A stretch of 64,000 bases of DNA from an uncultured Pseudobdellovibrionaceae bacterium (GTDB lineage Bacteria; Bdellovibrionota; FAC87; UBA2466): the NCBI GenBank assembly GCA_964653655.1, contig CAZZHG010000005.1:2631-66630 (forward strand). The letters are read 5' to 3'. Position 1 is the stretch's first letter. Every line of letters begins with the position of its first letter. Positions 63,049 to 64,000 of this stretch are shown here, piece after piece. The notes under the pieces are model-generated. The model searched no databases. It saw only the letters and a program-made list of their open reading frames with translations, and was not told the DNA's origin. A program made the position numbers and the translations under genes.

Positions 63049-64000
63049 ATGACCAAATCTTTGCTCCTGTTTTTCACCGTCTGCCACACGGCTCTCGCCA
63101 ACTTCGAAGTTTACTTGAAGGAACCGAATCAGATTCCTCTATATGCTCAAGAGACGAACGTCTGGTGTGGAGCCGCCTCCGCCCAGATGATGCTCGAGGG
63201 ATTTCCCGGCAACGTCGACCACGTCTACAAGCAAAAGTTCATATGGGACACGATCCAGCCATTAAAAGTGGAGACGAGCTGGTACACGGACCCCGATGGA
63301 CTCAAAGCCGTGATGGGCGCCCTGGGCGGCGACTCGAACTGGGCGGTACGTTGTTCGAAGACCGCCGCTCCCCTCGCCAAATCGGTTTTGCGAAATCTAG
63401 CCGACAGAAAATATCCGACGACGGTTCTCGTCTACGGATCGGCCCATTGGATCGTTCTCATCGGCGCGACGACCGACGTGGATCCGGGAACCGCGGCCGC
63501 CGTCACGTTGGAAAAAGTGGAGGCCCACGATCCGTGGAAAGCGCAGCACGTGCTCGTCAGCGGGACAACCTGGTTTCAGAAATATTGGTACGGACCGGCA
63601 AGAGAGCGCGGCAAGTGGTCGGGCTGCTTCGTAGCGGTCGAGGAGAACACCAATACCCAGCGCGCGGAGCCCGATTACGAGCTCAGAGTAAAACCCGCGG
63701 TTGTCGACGGTGCCCCCATTTCTCCGGAGGAGAGCCTTCGCCTCGCGAAATCGCATCTGGCAAAGCTCGTCTCCGAAAATCCCAGCTTCTCGGCCCTCTC
63801 GCCCTTGAAGCTATCCGCTCCCCGTTTGGTCAGCCACGATCGCGGCTCGTATTACCTGATCTCTCTCGGAGACACCGGCGCGATTATGCTCAACGCGTAC
63901 ACCGGCGATTGGGAAGGCTTGAGCCAGTTCGGTAAACCGGTTCCGGTCGCCGAACGGCGGGAGCCGGGCACGTGGTATTTCACTCCGAGCCAGGAGTCCC
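63049..64000 (+). CDS. Secreted peptidase C39-like (papain-fold) domain protein; 5' partial, continuing past the right edge.
   Basis: A GGGGGCTCC RBS precedes the ATG at 63049. Signal peptide MTKSLLLFFTVCHTALA. NVWCGAASAQMMLEGF fits the C39-like Cys-nucleophile context, and a downstream His sits in VLVYGSAHWIVLIG. My manual translation has no in-frame stop to position 64000. Confidence 0.55.
   Translation, partial: MTKSLLLFFTVCHTALANFEVYLKEPNQIPLYAQETNVWCGAASAQMMLEGFPGNVDHVYKQKFIWDTIQPLKVETSWYTDPDGLKAVMGALGGDSNWAVRCSKTAAPLAKSVLRNLADRKYPTTVLVYGSAHWIVLIGATTDVDPGTAAAVTLEKVEAHDPWKAQHVLVSGTTWFQKYWYGPARERGKWSGCFVAVEENTNTQRAEPDYELRVKPAVVDGAPISPEESLRLAKSHLAKLVSENPSFSALSPLKLSAPRLVSHDRGSYYLISLGDTGAIMLNAYTGDWEGLSQFGKPVPVAERREPGTWYFTPSQES

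Noticed and set aside
63165-63935. 256-aa plus-strand ORF.
   Set aside because: Arg-rich (RRPRLQ..., RRDDRRGSGNRGRR). A different frame starting at 63049 gives a secreted C39-like protein with an RBS and is preferred.
1-64000. CRISPR arrays, rRNA and tRNA genes.
   Set aside because: There are no regularly spaced short direct repeats and no rRNA-like conserved blocks. The one tRNA-like acceptor-stem pairing, at about 37300, has only about 31 nt between the arms, too short for a tRNA.

Overview
This is a high-G+C bacterial chromosomal window, visibly above 60% G+C except for one island. It is gene-dense, and a very large share of products carry Sec or Tat signal peptides or lipoboxes. I recognised no rRNA, tRNA or CRISPR array.

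Secreted and periplasmic proteases are the dominant class:
- a subtilisin-like S8 peptidase;
- several trypsin-like S1 peptidases;
- an S41 C-terminal processing peptidase;
- an astacin (M12A) lipoprotein;
- a caspase/legumain-like (clan CD) candidate;
- an M50-like membrane protease;
- a C39-like peptidase that runs off the right edge.

There are also many small secreted proteins with no recognisable family.

Recognisable housekeeping and regulatory genes:
- a LysR regulator;
- an ECF sigma factor overlapping a membrane Ser/Thr kinase;
- a YajD-type HNH protein;
- a RumA-type RNA methyltransferase;
- a nitroreductase;
- an acyltransferase-3 protein;
- an ABC ATPase with a large double-FtsX permease;
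- an AraC regulator with a membrane domain;
- a CheY-like receiver, a tandem universal stress protein and a CBS-pair protein;
- an MgtC/DUF4010 membrane protein and an acetyl-CoA hydrolase/transferase;
- DUF72, MEDS-domain and ParB-like proteins;
- a host-attachment (Hap-like) protein.

The two regions I rate highest are:
1. A roughly 4 kb low-G+C island (about 14.7-18.7 kb). It carries a co-oriented four-gene module: a secreted Cys/His-containing small peptide, a Tat-exported family-5 solute-binding protein, an unusually short YcaO-superfamily protein, and a periplasm-sensing histidine kinase. I could not match this to any described system. I read it as a horizontally acquired peptide-modification or peptide-signalling module.
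2. A DNA-end-repair-like locus (40.2-44.5 kb). A LigD-like protein has phosphoesterase and polymerase domains, but its internal ligase domain has lost the KxDGxR lysine. It is followed by a lysine-rich protein and by a mini ligase-like ORF with KxHGxR. The mini-ligase ORF abuts a Y1 (IS200/RAYT-like) transposase bracketed by perfect 30-bp inverted repeats and by roughly 26-30-bp direct repeats, the left one containing that ORF's stop codon. No Ku is present.

Many long ORFs in the six-frame track are Arg/Gly-rich antisense artefacts of real genes and were rejected.
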